A stretch of DNA of 64,000 bases from an uncultured Candidatus Saccharibacteria bacterium (lineage in GTDB: Bacteria; Patescibacteriota; SICC01; CAYSOT01), in the NCBI GenBank assembly GCA_964432765.1, contig CAYSOT010000002.1:38220-102219 (forward strand). The letters run 5' to 3'. Of the stretch, positions 35,928 to 46,124 are shown in pieces (position 1 is the first letter of the stretch; every line of letters begins with the position of its first letter). The notes under the pieces were generated by a model. The model saw nothing but the letters and a program-made list of their open reading frames with translations, did no database searches and was not told where the DNA came from. The position numbers were made by a program, and so were the translations under genes.

Positions 35928-37256
35928 ATGCGGATTGCCCCCGAAACATTCAAAGCATACGACATCAGAGGAGTGGTTCCTGATCAAATCGACGCCGACG
36001 CAGCCGAACAGGTTGCGCGCGCTTTCGCTGCCCTAATAAAACCGCAAAAGGTGATTGTCGGTCGAGACGTACGCTTGAGTGGACCGGAATTCAGAGAGCG
36101 TGTTGTTCACGGACTCACGGCTTCAGGAGTCCACGTGATTGATATTGGGCGGGTTTCTACTGACGAGTTTTACTACGGATGTCTCGAGTACGACTTGCCG
36201 GGAATTATGATCACGGCCTCTCATAACCCTGCCTCCTACAACGGTTTTAAGATGGTTCGCGAGATGCCGACCTTTGTGATGGCAAAGGATTTTAAAGACT
36301 GGGTCGTAGATAAGACCTACGCTGATGCCGCGGAAGCAGGAACTGTTGAGGAACAATCGCTGACAGACGAATTCGTGAAGAAAATGATAGCCATGACTGA
36401 CGTTGCCTCGATCAAGCCTCTTCGCGTGGTTATCGACACATCAAACGGATCGCAAGGTCCGATCTGGGAAAAACTTTCCGCATTCTTACCCATCGACATA
36501 GTCCCCTTAAATTTTGAACCCGATGGTCGATTTCCAAACCATGGTAACGATATTATTCAGCCAGACAATCAGCGGCAAGTCTGTGAAAAAGTAGTTGAAG
36601 AAGAGGCCGACCTTGGACTGATCTTTGATCCAGACGGAGATCGCTGCATCGCGATCGACAATCGCGGGGTCGCTCTTCCGGGTGATTTTATGACCGCCCT
36701 ACTGGCTGTTGCCCAACTAGAAAAACATCCTCATTCCACGATCCTGTACGACACGCGTGCTTCGCAAGCGGTTCCAGACTTAGTGCGATCGGCGGGAGGT
36801 ACACCGTTTATGTGGAAACCTGGTCACGCCTACATCAAGGCAAAGATGAAAGAAATTGGCGCTGTTTTTGGAGGCGAGGTTTCGGGTCACTTCTACTTTA
36901 AAGCCTTCGGCCTGGCTGATTCTGGGATTTTGGCTGGTTTGAGCATGCTCGAGTATGTTAGCGCGCTTGATGGTTCTCTCGGTGAACAAATCGCCAAGCT
37001 TGAAAGCAAGTACCATCTCAGCGGAGAAATTAATTCCACCGTCGCCGATCCACAGGCGGTTCTTGCAGAGATTAAGAAGCGCTACCACGACGGAAAAATA
37101 GACGAGCTTTCCGGAGTGGCCGTAACGTACCCAGATTATCGCTTCGTGGTTCGACCTTCAGACAACGAGCCGCTTGTTAGGTTGACGCTTGAAGCATCCT
37201 CAAAAGAACTGATGCAGCAGAAACGCGATGAGCTGCTTGCGATAATTCGTGCTTAG
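35928..37256 (+). CDS. manB: Phosphomannomutase/phosphoglucomutase
   Basis: FKAYDIRG, ITASHNP, FDPDGDR, GGEVSGH, RPSDNEP. Confidence 0.93.
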   Translation: MRIAPETFKAYDIRGVVPDQIDADAAEQVARAFAALIKPQKVIVGRDVRLSGPEFRERVVHGLTASGVHVIDIGRVSTDEFYYGCLEYDLPGIMITASHNPASYNGFKMVREMPTFVMAKDFKDWVVDKTYADAAEAGTVEEQSLTDEFVKKMIAMTDVASIKPLRVVIDTSNGSQGPIWEKLSAFLPIDIVPLNFEPDGRFPNHGNDIIQPDNQRQVCEKVVEEEADLGLIFDPDGDRCIAIDNRGVALPGDFMTALLAVAQLEKHPHSTILYDTRASQAVPDLVRSAGGTPFMWKPGHAYIKAKMKEIGAVFGGEVSGHFYFKAFGLADSGILAGLSMLEYVSALDGSLGEQIAKLESKYHLSGEINSTVADPQAVLAEIKKRYHDGKIDELSGVAVTYPDYRFVVRPSDNEPLVRLTLEASSKELMQQKRDELLAIIRA

Positions 37257-37297
37257 TCTTCTCGACTGAGGACTTTCGGCATATACTACACCTTTGT

Positions 37298-39148
37298 ATG
37301 GCAAAACCTACGACCGGTTCAGGGCTCGACTATGGCATCATCGGTAATTGCGAAACCGCAGCCTTAGTCTCAAAAGAAGGAAGCATTGATTGGTTCTGCT
37401 TTCCGCGGTTCGACTCGCCTTCAGCATTCGGGAAACTTCTCGATGAAAAAATCGGGGGATTCTTTAGTCTGCGCCCGGTAGGCAAAAAGTGGTGGTCAAA
37501 ACAGGAATACATCGAAGACACTAATATTTTGCGCACCACGTTCGTCTCCGACGAAGCCGAAGTGCAGGTAACGGATTTTATGCCAATCTTTTCCGAGCCG
37601 TACCGCACAAGACCGCTACAGCGAATTTGCCGAACCGTTGAAGTTATTCGTGGCAAAGCCGACGTAGAGATGATTCTGATGCCAGCGTTTGACTATGCCC
37701 GCATCAAGCCAAAGTTTGAGTTTCGCAATGGAATCTGGCTTGCACGGGGAGAAGGCCAAACTTTTATACTTTCAGCGAGCGCGCCACTGGTTGACGCCTA
37801 CGAGGAAAAGCAGCAGCGCTTAGAAAAAGTATTCGACCTCAAAGAAGGTGAGCGCGTCGATATAGTCCTTGGCTACCGCAAGAATTTATTCGATGTTTCT
37901 CAGTTTGATGGTGTTGTCGATAATACCGAGCTGTACCAGAAGACGCTTCATTTCTGGAGACAGTGGCTCTGGAAGCTTGAGTACAACGGACCTCACCTCG
38001 ATGTTGTGAAGCGCTCGGCTCTTGCCCTGAAACTTCTTACCTATGCGCCAACTGGTGCCGTAGTGGCCGCTGCCACCACGAGTATTCCGGAAATGCCTGG
38101 TACGCCCAGAACGTGGGACTATCGCTACTGTTGGCTGCGCGATGCTTCATTTACGGTTGATGCACTTTTCCACGTTGGCCTGTATTCTGAAGCGCTCGCC
38201 TTCATGCACTGGGTACGCGAAACGATCACGGAGGCCGGTCCAGAAATTCAGATTATGTACAAAGTCGACGGCGCTGAGGAGATGACTGAGACTGAACTCG
38301 ACCACCTCGCGGGCTACCGTGATTCCAAACCGGTACGTATTGGTAACCGAGCGGCCAATCAGTTACAGCTTGATGCCTTTGGCGAGGTTATCGACGTGGC
38401 TGCAGTCGTGTTTGAGGAAAAGCACTACCTTAGCCCGGATATGTGGAACGTTATTTCAAATCTCGTCGAAGTGATATGTAAGTTCTGGCGCGAACCGGAC
38501 AATGGTATTTGGGAACTTCACGATGATAAATTCAAACTTAATTACACTTCATCAAAGGTCATGGCCTGGGTAGCTGTCGACCGTGGAGTACGGCTCGGCA
38601 GGCGCATGAAAGAAACTGATCGTGCTGATCGCTGGGAAAAGGTTCGTGACGAAATCAAAGATGACATTCTTACGCATGGCTGGAACGAGGAAAAGCAGAC
38701 TTTCACAATTGCCTACGAGCGTACCGAGCTCGACGCGGCCATTTTACATATGCCGCTGTTTGGCTTTATGGACGCCAAAGACCCAAAGATGATCGCTACT
38801 ACGAAGCGAATAATCGAGGAGCTCTCACGTGGCGACTTTATTCGTCGGTACAACATGGAAGATGACCAAGGTGAAACGGAAGCCACTATGCTTATCGTCA
38901 ATCTTTGGCTTGCGCAGGTTCTCGCGTTACAGGGCGAATATGATGATGCAAAACGACGCTTTGAGAATATCCTCGAACATGGAAATCATCTAAACCTCTT
39001 TTCAGAAAATCTAGACCCAAAATCGGGCGAGCTGACCGGCAACTTCCCTCAAGCCTACACTCATATCGCCATCATCAATACTGCTCTTCTACTAGAAGAG
39101 CTCAATCCCAAAAAGAAGAAGCCGAGCGTTTCGAAGAAAGCGCGCTAG
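37298..39148 (+). CDS. Glycoside hydrolase family 15 (glucoamylase/trehalase-like)
   Basis: IGNCETAALV, WDYRYCWLRD, QLDAFGE, GIWE, GNFPQAYTH. Confidence 0.93.
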   Translation: MAKPTTGSGLDYGIIGNCETAALVSKEGSIDWFCFPRFDSPSAFGKLLDEKIGGFFSLRPVGKKWWSKQEYIEDTNILRTTFVSDEAEVQVTDFMPIFSEPYRTRPLQRICRTVEVIRGKADVEMILMPAFDYARIKPKFEFRNGIWLARGEGQTFILSASAPLVDAYEEKQQRLEKVFDLKEGERVDIVLGYRKNLFDVSQFDGVVDNTELYQKTLHFWRQWLWKLEYNGPHLDVVKRSALALKLLTYAPTGAVVAAATTSIPEMPGTPRTWDYRYCWLRDASFTVDALFHVGLYSEALAFMHWVRETITEAGPEIQIMYKVDGAEEMTETELDHLAGYRDSKPVRIGNRAANQLQLDAFGEVIDVAAVVFEEKHYLSPDMWNVISNLVEVICKFWREPDNGIWELHDDKFKLNYTSSKVMAWVAVDRGVRLGRRMKETDRADRWEKVRDEIKDDILTHGWNEEKQTFTIAYERTELDAAILHMPLFGFMDAKDPKMIATTKRIIEELSRGDFIRRYNMEDDQGETEATMLIVNLWLAQVLALQGEYDDAKRRFENILEHGNHLNLFSENLDPKSGELTGNFPQAYTHIAIINTALLLEELNPKKKKPSVSKKAR

Positions 39149-40134
39149 GCAAGGCCCATCTTCTGTTTCACAGATAGAAGAGTTTGTGTTGCCTGGGCTT
39201 CTGCTCTCTCTGCACCTGTCTTGAGAATCTGGTTCACTTCATCTGGGGCAGAAATTAGTCCTGTGATCCGCTCTCTAATAGGAGTGAGCGCTTCGATTAC
39301 CACATCAGCTAGAGCCTTCTTAAAATCACCATAACCCCTGGAGGCGTATTCTTCTGCGACATCTGCCGGAGTGCGGTCCTGCAGAAGAGCATAGATTGTC
39401 AGTAGATTCTTTATTGCTGGCTTCTCGTCTGAAAGCTCAATGGTTTCACCGGAGTCGGTTACGGCCTTGCGAATCTTTTTTGAAATTTCGTCGTTTGAAT
39501 CTGTTAAAGAAATAAAATTGTATTCGGACGCTGCGCTTTTTGACATCTTCTTGGTGGGGTCATCGAGCCCCATGATCCGCGCTCCCTCTTCTGCAATGAG
39601 TGGTTGTGGCACTATAAACGTCTCCCCGAAGCGGTTATTGAAACGCTCCGCTAAATCTCGCGTCAGCTCGACGTGTTGCTTTTGATCTGCCCCGACAGGA
39701 ACCACATCCGGCTGATACAGCACAATATCGGCGGCCATTAACGATGGATAGGTGAAAAGTCCGACCCCGACTGACTCTTCCTTGGCAGTGCCGCTCTTAT
39801 CTTTAAACTGTGTCATTCGACGAAGTTCGCCCATCGTCGTAAGCGTTGTCAGAATCCAGCCAAGTTCTGCATGTGCCGCTACATCAGACTGCCTGAAAAG
39901 GGTTGCCCTTTGCGGGTCGAGGCCACAGCCGAGATATGTCGCAGCAACACTGATGATATTCTTTCGTAGATTTTCGGGGGCTTGGGGGACTGTAATTGAA
40001 TGCAGGTCCGCAAGAAAATAGTAGGCATCATATTTGTCTTGAAGGTCTACAAATCTCCGAAGCGCTCCGAGATAATTCCCAAGATGGAGCGTGCCGGATG
40101 TTTGAATTCCTGAAAGGGCTCTCTGTTTGCTCAT
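39145..40134 (-). CDS. trpS: Tryptophan--tRNA ligase
   Basis: SGIQTSGTLHLGNY, MTQFKDK, VPVGADQKQH, KMSKS; start moved to 40134. Confidence 0.97.
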   Translation of the reverse strand: MSKQRALSGIQTSGTLHLGNYLGALRRFVDLQDKYDAYYFLADLHSITVPQAPENLRKNIISVAATYLGCGLDPQRATLFRQSDVAAHAELGWILTTLTTMGELRRMTQFKDKSGTAKEESVGVGLFTYPSLMAADIVLYQPDVVPVGADQKQHVELTRDLAERFNNRFGETFIVPQPLIAEEGARIMGLDDPTKKMSKSAASEYNFISLTDSNDEISKKIRKAVTDSGETIELSDEKPAIKNLLTIYALLQDRTPADVAEEYASRGYGDFKKALADVVIEALTPIRERITGLISAPDEVNQILKTGAERAEAQATQTLLSVKQKMGLA

Positions 40135-40140
40135 ACCTAC

Positions 40141-40150
40141 AGTGTAAAGT
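40141..40150. promoter_or_regulatory. Overlapping divergent -10 boxes (trpS / nucleotidyltransferase)
   Basis: AGTGTAAAGT: TACACT on minus (40146-40141) and TAAAGT on plus (40145-40150), each 6 nt from its start codon. Confidence 0.65.
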
Positions 40151-40156
40151 GGAAAC

Positions 40157-41077
40157 GTGCAGGAAACCACGAGCAAAAACGATCGCTGGGCTGTAGTGGC
40201 AACACTTGCCTGGTTTGGCGTGCTTAAACGACCGCTTACTGTTGACGAGGTGTCGGAGTGCGCATTCGGGACAGCGATTTCTACAGACCAAGCTCAGAAA
40301 GAACTTACCGCACTCAATAAGCTTGCGAGAAACAAAAATGGATACTGGTCTCTGGCCGACCAAGAGGTCCGCTATGTCACCCCTCAGTCACGCGAACACT
40401 ACGAAAAAAAGTGGCACGTGGCGCTCCGAACAGCGCGAATATTACGACATCTGCCGTTCATTCGGATGGTTGCCGTCGCAAATACCGTAGCAGATGGAAG
40501 CGCTCGTAAAGACAGTGATATCGACGTTTTTATCGTTATTAAAGATGGCAGGCTTTTCCTGACACGCCTAATGATTACCGCCCTGCTGCACATTCTTCGC
40601 CTGAGACGGCACGGCAAATTTGTAGCGAATCGTATTTGTTTGTCGTTTTTTGTTACTGACGCGGCTCTAAATCTCAAATCGCTGGCAATAACTCCTTTTG
40701 ATATTTATCTGCTCTACTGGATCGCTGAACTTAGACCCGTTCTTGATAACGGAACATTCGAAAAATTTCGTCAATCGAACGAATGGGCTCTCCGGCGCTT
40801 TCCAGGACTGAAGCAGCAATACTCGCCTTGTAGGCCCTCTAGACTTTCTGGTTTTATGGAGTTTTTGCTTCGAGGAGCACTGGGCGAGCTCATCGAGAGA
40901 CCACTGCAACGCTGGCAGCTGCAACGAATCAAAAGTCGTCCGAAGAATCCAAATCCCGATGTAAAAATCGTAGCCTCTCCCAGGGTGCTTAAGTTTCACG
41001 AAAAAGATCGCCGAAGAATGTATCGCGAAGCATGGCGTGCGGAGATGCGTAAGCACAACCTAACGGATACCGTATAG
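40157..41077 (+). CDS. Pol-beta-type nucleotidyltransferase-domain protein with N-terminal HTH-like region
   Basis: LPFIRMVAVANTVADGSARKDSDIDVFIV, RICLSFF, LKFHEKDRR. Confidence 0.82.
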   Translation: MQETTSKNDRWAVVATLAWFGVLKRPLTVDEVSECAFGTAISTDQAQKELTALNKLARNKNGYWSLADQEVRYVTPQSREHYEKKWHVALRTARILRHLPFIRMVAVANTVADGSARKDSDIDVFIVIKDGRLFLTRLMITALLHILRLRRHGKFVANRICLSFFVTDAALNLKSLAITPFDIYLLYWIAELRPVLDNGTFEKFRQSNEWALRRFPGLKQQYSPCRPSRLSGFMEFLLRGALGELIERPLQRWQLQRIKSRPKNPNPDVKIVASPRVLKFHEKDRRRMYREAWRAEMRKHNLTDTV

Positions 41078-41108
41078 ACATCTATATAGCTGCTTGCTAT
41101 TATTGGTC

Positions 41109-41780
41109 GTGTCTTTGCAATCTTTCTTGATTGACTGGTTCTTTCCCGCGAAATGTTTGGGTTGTGCGACTCCGCACACATGGTGGTGCCAACAATGTCA
41201 TACGAGGACCATTTGGTTTACGGCCTCTCGGTGCCAAGTCTGTCAGCGTCTGCAAGAATCTACGCGGTGCTGTTTGGCTTGTCGCAGAAAAACTGGGCTT
41301 AACGGGGTGGTCTCGGTTGGTCGGTATTCAAAAGCCCTACGGCAAGCTGTTACTTCACTCAAATTCCGTTCGTCCTATGCGGGCTGGGATTCTCTTTCCG
41401 TTGAGTGTATCGGTGCAATCCAAAAAATACCGTACACTACTGACTTAGTGCTTGTGCCGGTACCTCTTTCTGCAGAAAGAGTTCGCTTGCGCGGCTACAA
41501 CCAGGCAAAACATTTTGCCACGATGCTTTCAAGGTGGACTGGGTTGACGATGAATACCGGTCTAGAGCGAAGTCGCAACACACAGCCTCAGAGCAGCCTT
41601 GATCGAAGACACCGTCGAGAGAATGTTGTCGAGGCTTTTAGCTGGGACGGGGAGGTCCCAAAACAGGCGGTACTGGTCGACGATGTTGCAACAACCTTCA
41701 GCACTCTGAGCGAGTGCGCTGCTACACTTCGCCGCGCGGGGTGCTTGCACGTATGGGCAATAACGCTGGCGCGCGCCTAA
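41109..41780 (+). CDS. comF: ComF/ComFC competence protein (zinc ribbon + PRT domain)
   Basis: FPAKCLGC..CQQC..CQVC..CLAC, VPVPLS..RGYNQ, LVDDVATT; start uncertain (41094-41109). Confidence 0.9.
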   Translation: MSLQSFLIDWFFPAKCLGCATPHTWWCQQCHTRTIWFTASRCQVCQRLQESTRCCLACRRKTGLNGVVSVGRYSKALRQAVTSLKFRSSYAGWDSLSVECIGAIQKIPYTTDLVLVPVPLSAERVRLRGYNQAKHFATMLSRWTGLTMNTGLERSRNTQPQSSLDRRHRRENVVEAFSWDGEVPKQAVLVDDVATTFSTLSECAATLRRAGCLHVWAITLARA

Positions 41781-43510
41781 TTAAAGCTTCGAGATATTGG
41801 GAATTTAGATTGCGGCAGATATGTCGAGCTAAAAATAGTGTCGATAGGCTCAGCACCACCGGTAACTACGTAGCGAAACGAGGCTGTGCCTCCGTCTTGC
41901 TCGGTCGCGTTGATTGAAACGATTTGTGTACTTGCCTGCCTGCCATCGTTCGTTCCATAGAAGTCGAAGGTTAAACTTTGTCCTACTTCGGCGGTTTGTA
42001 CCAGAATGTATTTTCCAGTGTTGTTGCGGAATTTCATGTCGGGACTTGGAGGATAAATTGTTGCATCCATACCAATTGGGGCATAGTAATGTACTGCGTA
42101 GGCGTGGTTCGTTCGTTCGGCGATCGGCAAGCCCGCGCTCATCGCAGCACGGAACATCGTAGTGGAAACCTGGCAAAGCCCCCCACCGTATTCGGGTACG
42201 GTTTTGTTCTCCTTAATCACAAGCTCTGGCAAGTAGCCGGTTTCCGGTCCAACATCACCGAGGACCTTGTTGAAGGAAAAAGTTTCGCCAGGTTTTATGA
42301 GAATTCCATTAAACTGCTTTGCGCCGACGCCGATGTTGTATGTTCGATTTACGGGACTTCCTCCAAAGTATGTCGTTGCCGTACCAATACGCGTGGTAAT
42401 TCCTAGTTGTGGCAACGTTTCTTGACGGATGTCTGCTTCCTTGCGCACAACCGGAAGTGTCACGGACCGCTCTGTCGACACAAAGCCTTTCCCCATTGCA
42501 CTAACGGCTCCTTTCCTGTCGATGACTGTCCCGTCTACGGCTGCGCCAGTAACGGCAAGCTGGTTGTTTTCGAAGCTCAAACGAGCATTTGTCGGGGGCT
42601 TGTCATACTCTGGTGCAATCTCCGCAACGTATGCGCCAAGTGCGATTTCATTCGGCACTGCATGCAGCGTGCGCACTCCGTCAGCAATTATCGGGGCTTC
42701 AGCTTGTCCAACTCCAAATAATTGATCAATGGTTCCGATAAGATCTTGGTCAACACTTTTTGGTAACTGGCCTGTGTCATGGCGCACGAATGTAACCCAT
42801 GAAGCTTTTTCGTCTGTTGATGGTTCCCGTCTGGCTTCGGCTATATTGATTACAAGAGGAAGGTTTGTTAGTTGCGCCGCGTAGCTTTTAGCCGAGCTTA
42901 GTGTCCTGGCTTGAATATCGGGTAGTTGCGGGCGAATGATGAGCGTACCGCTGGGTTTTAGGTCCTGTAACGCAAGCCTCAGCAACAACAGTGACGCAGG
43001 TGCATCTACCACTGTTCCACTTGCCTCCTGGGTAATGGTGAAGTCGGAACCGCTTCGCACAACGCTGGCATTTCTTGCCGGCTTGCTGAGTTGCTTTGTC
43101 TGCGCAGTAAGCCTGTCTACCGCCACGGCGTTGTTATAAATAACGACCGGCCTAACCGAGGTGGTGTGGAACGGAGAGATTAGAGACTGCCACAGCGCCT
43201 CGAGCGGTGAGCTCTTCCCCTGCCTAGTGGCAACAGCTGCGGTTTGCTGCACATCATATGAGAGACCAATATCCGATGCTTTCAGGGTAAAGTCTTTGCC
43301 TTCGTGCGTAAGGCTAACCTCCTGTATCGCGGCCGTCTTTGCAGTAAGGCGACTGACTATGTCGGCTTTCTTTTGCCCGCTGACGTCCATCCCCGCAACG
43401 CTAGTTCCCGGTAGCGCCCGGCCGTCATACAAGAACCAGACAGCAATGCAAAGTGCCATGACAGTACCGGCCACTACCGCGCATATCTGAAAGGCGCGGC
43501 GCGATGTCAT
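41777..43510 (-). CDS. VanW-family protein with peptidoglycan-binding repeats
   Basis: TM anchor, NRTYNI, PGETFSFN, GGGLCQVSTT, ERTNH, GMDATI, DMKFRN; start 43510 by ATGA coupling. Confidence 0.92.
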   Translation of the reverse strand: MTSRRAFQICAVVAGTVMALCIAVWFLYDGRALPGTSVAGMDVSGQKKADIVSRLTAKTAAIQEVSLTHEGKDFTLKASDIGLSYDVQQTAAVATRQGKSSPLEALWQSLISPFHTTSVRPVVIYNNAVAVDRLTAQTKQLSKPARNASVVRSGSDFTITQEASGTVVDAPASLLLLRLALQDLKPSGTLIIRPQLPDIQARTLSSAKSYAAQLTNLPLVINIAEARREPSTDEKASWVTFVRHDTGQLPKSVDQDLIGTIDQLFGVGQAEAPIIADGVRTLHAVPNEIALGAYVAEIAPEYDKPPTNARLSFENNQLAVTGAAVDGTVIDRKGAVSAMGKGFVSTERSVTLPVVRKEADIRQETLPQLGITTRIGTATTYFGGSPVNRTYNIGVGAKQFNGILIKPGETFSFNKVLGDVGPETGYLPELVIKENKTVPEYGGGLCQVSTTMFRAAMSAGLPIAERTNHAYAVHYYAPIGMDATIYPPSPDMKFRNNTGKYILVQTAEVGQSLTFDFYGTNDGRQASTQIVSINATEQDGGTASFRYVVTGGAEPIDTIFSSTYLPQSKFPISRSFN

Positions 43511-43731
43511 GGGCGGCTCCCGAGAATCTCCGCCAAGATCGCTCGGGCCTGTAGGTGCCTCTCCTCGTTTTCGTCTTCCGTTGTCATCATTTTGAGAGCC
43601 ACGTCGTCGCCAACCCGAACACCATTTGGCACGGCTGAAGCAGGCCATGACATTTCATGACCTTGCACTGAAACAGTAACCCCTTCGTCGTTGATAGTTA
43701 AAATCCTGCCGTGAACTATTGTGTCACCCAT
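43507..43731 (-). CDS. Small beta-barrel hypothetical protein (DUF3006-like)
   Basis: 74 aa, WPASAVPNGVRVGDDV, C-terminal helix; coupled to vanW. Confidence 0.65.
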   Translation of the reverse strand: MGDTIVHGRILTINDEGVTVSVQGHEMSWPASAVPNGVRVGDDVALKMMTTEDENEERHLQARAILAEILGSRP

Positions 43732-43782
43732 AGTGTATAAGGTTGATAACGTACAAGTATAGCCATCTAACCATTATTTGGG

Positions 43783-44904
43783 CTAGCGCTTGTGCCTAAG
43801 CGCTCGTTCATACACCACCAGCATCTTCTTCGCGGTCATCTGCCAGCTAAATTGTTTGACCCTTTCTGCGCCCTTCTCTATGAGCTGCTTACGGAGCCCC
43901 TTATCGACCAGGAGTGACTCTATGCCATTCACCATGTCTTCAGTTGAGCGAGGATTAAAATAGACAGCCGCATCACCCAGAATTTCTGGCATTGGTTCTG
44001 CACTTGAAGAAGCTACAGGAACACCTGCCGCAGTCGCCTCAAGCGGCGTAAAGCCGAAGCCCTCTGCCAGAGAGGGAAATGCGAACACTTCCGCGGCGTT
44101 GTAGTAATTCAACAGTTCATCATCTTCAACAAAATCCGTAAGAATCACGTTTTTTTCGAGTCCGAGATCGGAAATGGTTTGCGGAATTATGGGGAATGCG
44201 GGGTCGACCTTCCCCACCAAAACAAGTTTTAGGTCATGGTGGCGGCGTATTTGCTCAAATGCTTTCAGCAAACGAACCAGGTTCTTGTGCTGTCTCCATT
44301 GGCCTGCGTACATGATATATTTACTGCCATCGGTTTTCTGCTGACGAAATGCCTCTTTTTCAGCATTAGACATGTGCACCGCACTGAAGCGCTGATCTAT
44401 CCCGTTATAAACAACCCGGATTTTCGTCGGATCTGGATGAAAGCCTTCGATAATCAACCGCTTTTGATACTCAGAAATCGTCACAACTTCAATTGCTCTA
44501 CGAAACGCTGAGCGCAACACTGTGCGCATCACCGGAACCTTGGCAGCGGCTGCCCAGCTTTTTCCAGCATGACGAAGCAGCGTCAAATCGTGGATAGTGA
44601 TGACAAATGGACCCTTGTACAAAATGGGGTGATTAAAATTTGTGAAATGCATTAGGTCGACGCGGGCCTTATCGACTTCTCGCTTGAATAACAGCTGTTC
44701 TCTAACTGTATAGTGTTTGGTTTTAGTTTCGATCAGTTCGAATTTATCGTTTTTCGGAAACTGCTTTACATCTTCGGGGTGTATAAATACAACGAAAGTG
44801 TGCTCGTTTTGAAGTTTTCCGAGCTCGCTGAGCAGCTCTTGTGTGTACCTTGCCAGCCCAGCCGATCCTAATCCATAAAAACGTGCGTCGATTCCGATTC
44901 TCAT
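43783..44904 (-). CDS. Glycosyltransferase family 4
   Basis: MRIGIDAR, TIHDL, HKNL, PSLAEGFGFTPLEA. Confidence 0.93.
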   Translation of the reverse strand: MRIGIDARFYGLGSAGLARYTQELLSELGKLQNEHTFVVFIHPEDVKQFPKNDKFELIETKTKHYTVREQLLFKREVDKARVDLMHFTNFNHPILYKGPFVITIHDLTLLRHAGKSWAAAAKVPVMRTVLRSAFRRAIEVVTISEYQKRLIIEGFHPDPTKIRVVYNGIDQRFSAVHMSNAEKEAFRQQKTDGSKYIMYAGQWRQHKNLVRLLKAFEQIRRHHDLKLVLVGKVDPAFPIIPQTISDLGLEKNVILTDFVEDDELLNYYNAAEVFAFPSLAEGFGFTPLEATAAGVPVASSSAEPMPEILGDAAVYFNPRSTEDMVNGIESLLVDKGLRKQLIEKGAERVKQFSWQMTAKKMLVVYERALRHKR

Positions 44905-46124
44905 ACTCGCCCTTTCTCGCGAATCATGCCGAGCAGAAGAATGGTTGCAAAAAGCAGTGCTAGGTCGTTCTTAAGTATCGGCGTGTCTACAAGACCGTGA
45001 ACAATAATGGCCGTCATTGCCGCGGCGGCGGCAGCAGGAAAATAAGAGCTCCGTAGCGAGCGCGCAAAAACCGCGAGCAAGAATAGGAATGCTGCCAACG
45101 TCAGAACACCCCACTCAACCCACAACACAAGAAAAATGTTGTGCGGGTTGGGTGCAAACGGCGCAACATACTGCATGAGGTAGTTGTCGTCCTTAACCCT
45201 TCTGGTTACCGCGGCCTGGAACCCGGACGGACCATCGGCAAACACTGGATTTTCTTTTATGCTCTGCTCGGCCTGTTGCCAGAGAACTTTCCGAGTGGCG
45301 TGGGGATCATCTCGACCGACAAGCAACACTGAGAAAACACCAACAATGGTGACAAGTAACACAATTAGCAAAACTCTCAACTTAGGAGCTAACGCCTTCC
45401 AGCTAACAACGATGCCGACTGCCCCGCCTGCAGCAAGCGCGATGAGCCCTCCTCGCGATTGAGATCCAGCAAGCAGTCCAACCGATACAACGCAGCCCGC
45501 TATTCGTGCGAGCAAGAATTCACGTTTCGGCCAAAAAGCGAGGACTAACAAGATTGGCACCAGCAATAGAGCCAAAAAGTTCGCCGACTGGAATGGTCCA
45601 GCTAGTCGGTTGTCGTAGGTAAAGGCCGTCCCGTTAAAGACCGTTACCAATACCCAGGTCGATGTTGTTGCGACTGCTCCGAGCAGCCCCACAACAATTG
45701 CTCGAGGCGAGTAGTTCTTAAATATCGCACTAGCCACAACCAAAAACAAAGCTGGCTCTAGAAAGAAAGCTCGCCACAACCCAAATGCTGTGCGAACATC
45801 ACTGCTCACCAAGACAGCCAGCAATGACATTGTGAGCCATAGGCCGATTGCAACCGCATATGCGCGAGAGATTGAGACCTTTAGAGGTGAAAACGAGGCT
45901 CCCACTAGAAACGCCCACAACAAAATCTCAAGAAGTGTTGTTGGAACACCAAGCGACCCCCGAACTTGGTAGAGAGGAAGAGACGCCAGCACCACAATCA
46001 CCCCATAGTGCGGTCGTTTATATGAAAGGACTGCCGTAGCCATAGCCAGAAGACCAGCAAAGAGCCATGCAAAATTCCCACTTATGCTGACTGTTTGCTC
46101 TACGCCTAGAACGTGCTCAACCAC
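44901..46124 (-). CDS. O-antigen ligase / Wzy_C-domain membrane protein
   Basis: RLAGPFQSANF, SQSRGG, R..LW, NPHNIFL, HGLVD. Confidence 0.87.
   Translation of the reverse strand: MVEHVLGVEQTVSISGNFAWLFAGLLAMATAVLSYKRPHYGVIVVLASLPLYQVRGSLGVPTTLLEILLWAFLVGASFSPLKVSISRAYAVAIGLWLTMSLLAVLVSSDVRTAFGLWRAFFLEPALFLVVASAIFKNYSPRAIVVGLLGAVATTSTWVLVTVFNGTAFTYDNRLAGPFQSANFLALLLVPILLVLAFWPKREFLLARIAGCVVSVGLLAGSQSRGGLIALAAGGAVGIVVSWKALAPKLRVLLIVLLVTIVGVFSVLLVGRDDPHATRKVLWQQAEQSIKENPVFADGPSGFQAAVTRRVKDDNYLMQYVAPFAPNPHNIFLVLWVEWGVLTLAAFLFLLAVFARSLRSSYFPAAAAAAMTAIIVHGLVDTPILKNDLALLFATILLLGMIREKGRV

Noticed and set aside
41777-43510. vanW as vancomycin resistance
   Set aside because: No vanHAX or vanRS; stand-alone VanW/YoaR proteins are common envelope proteins.
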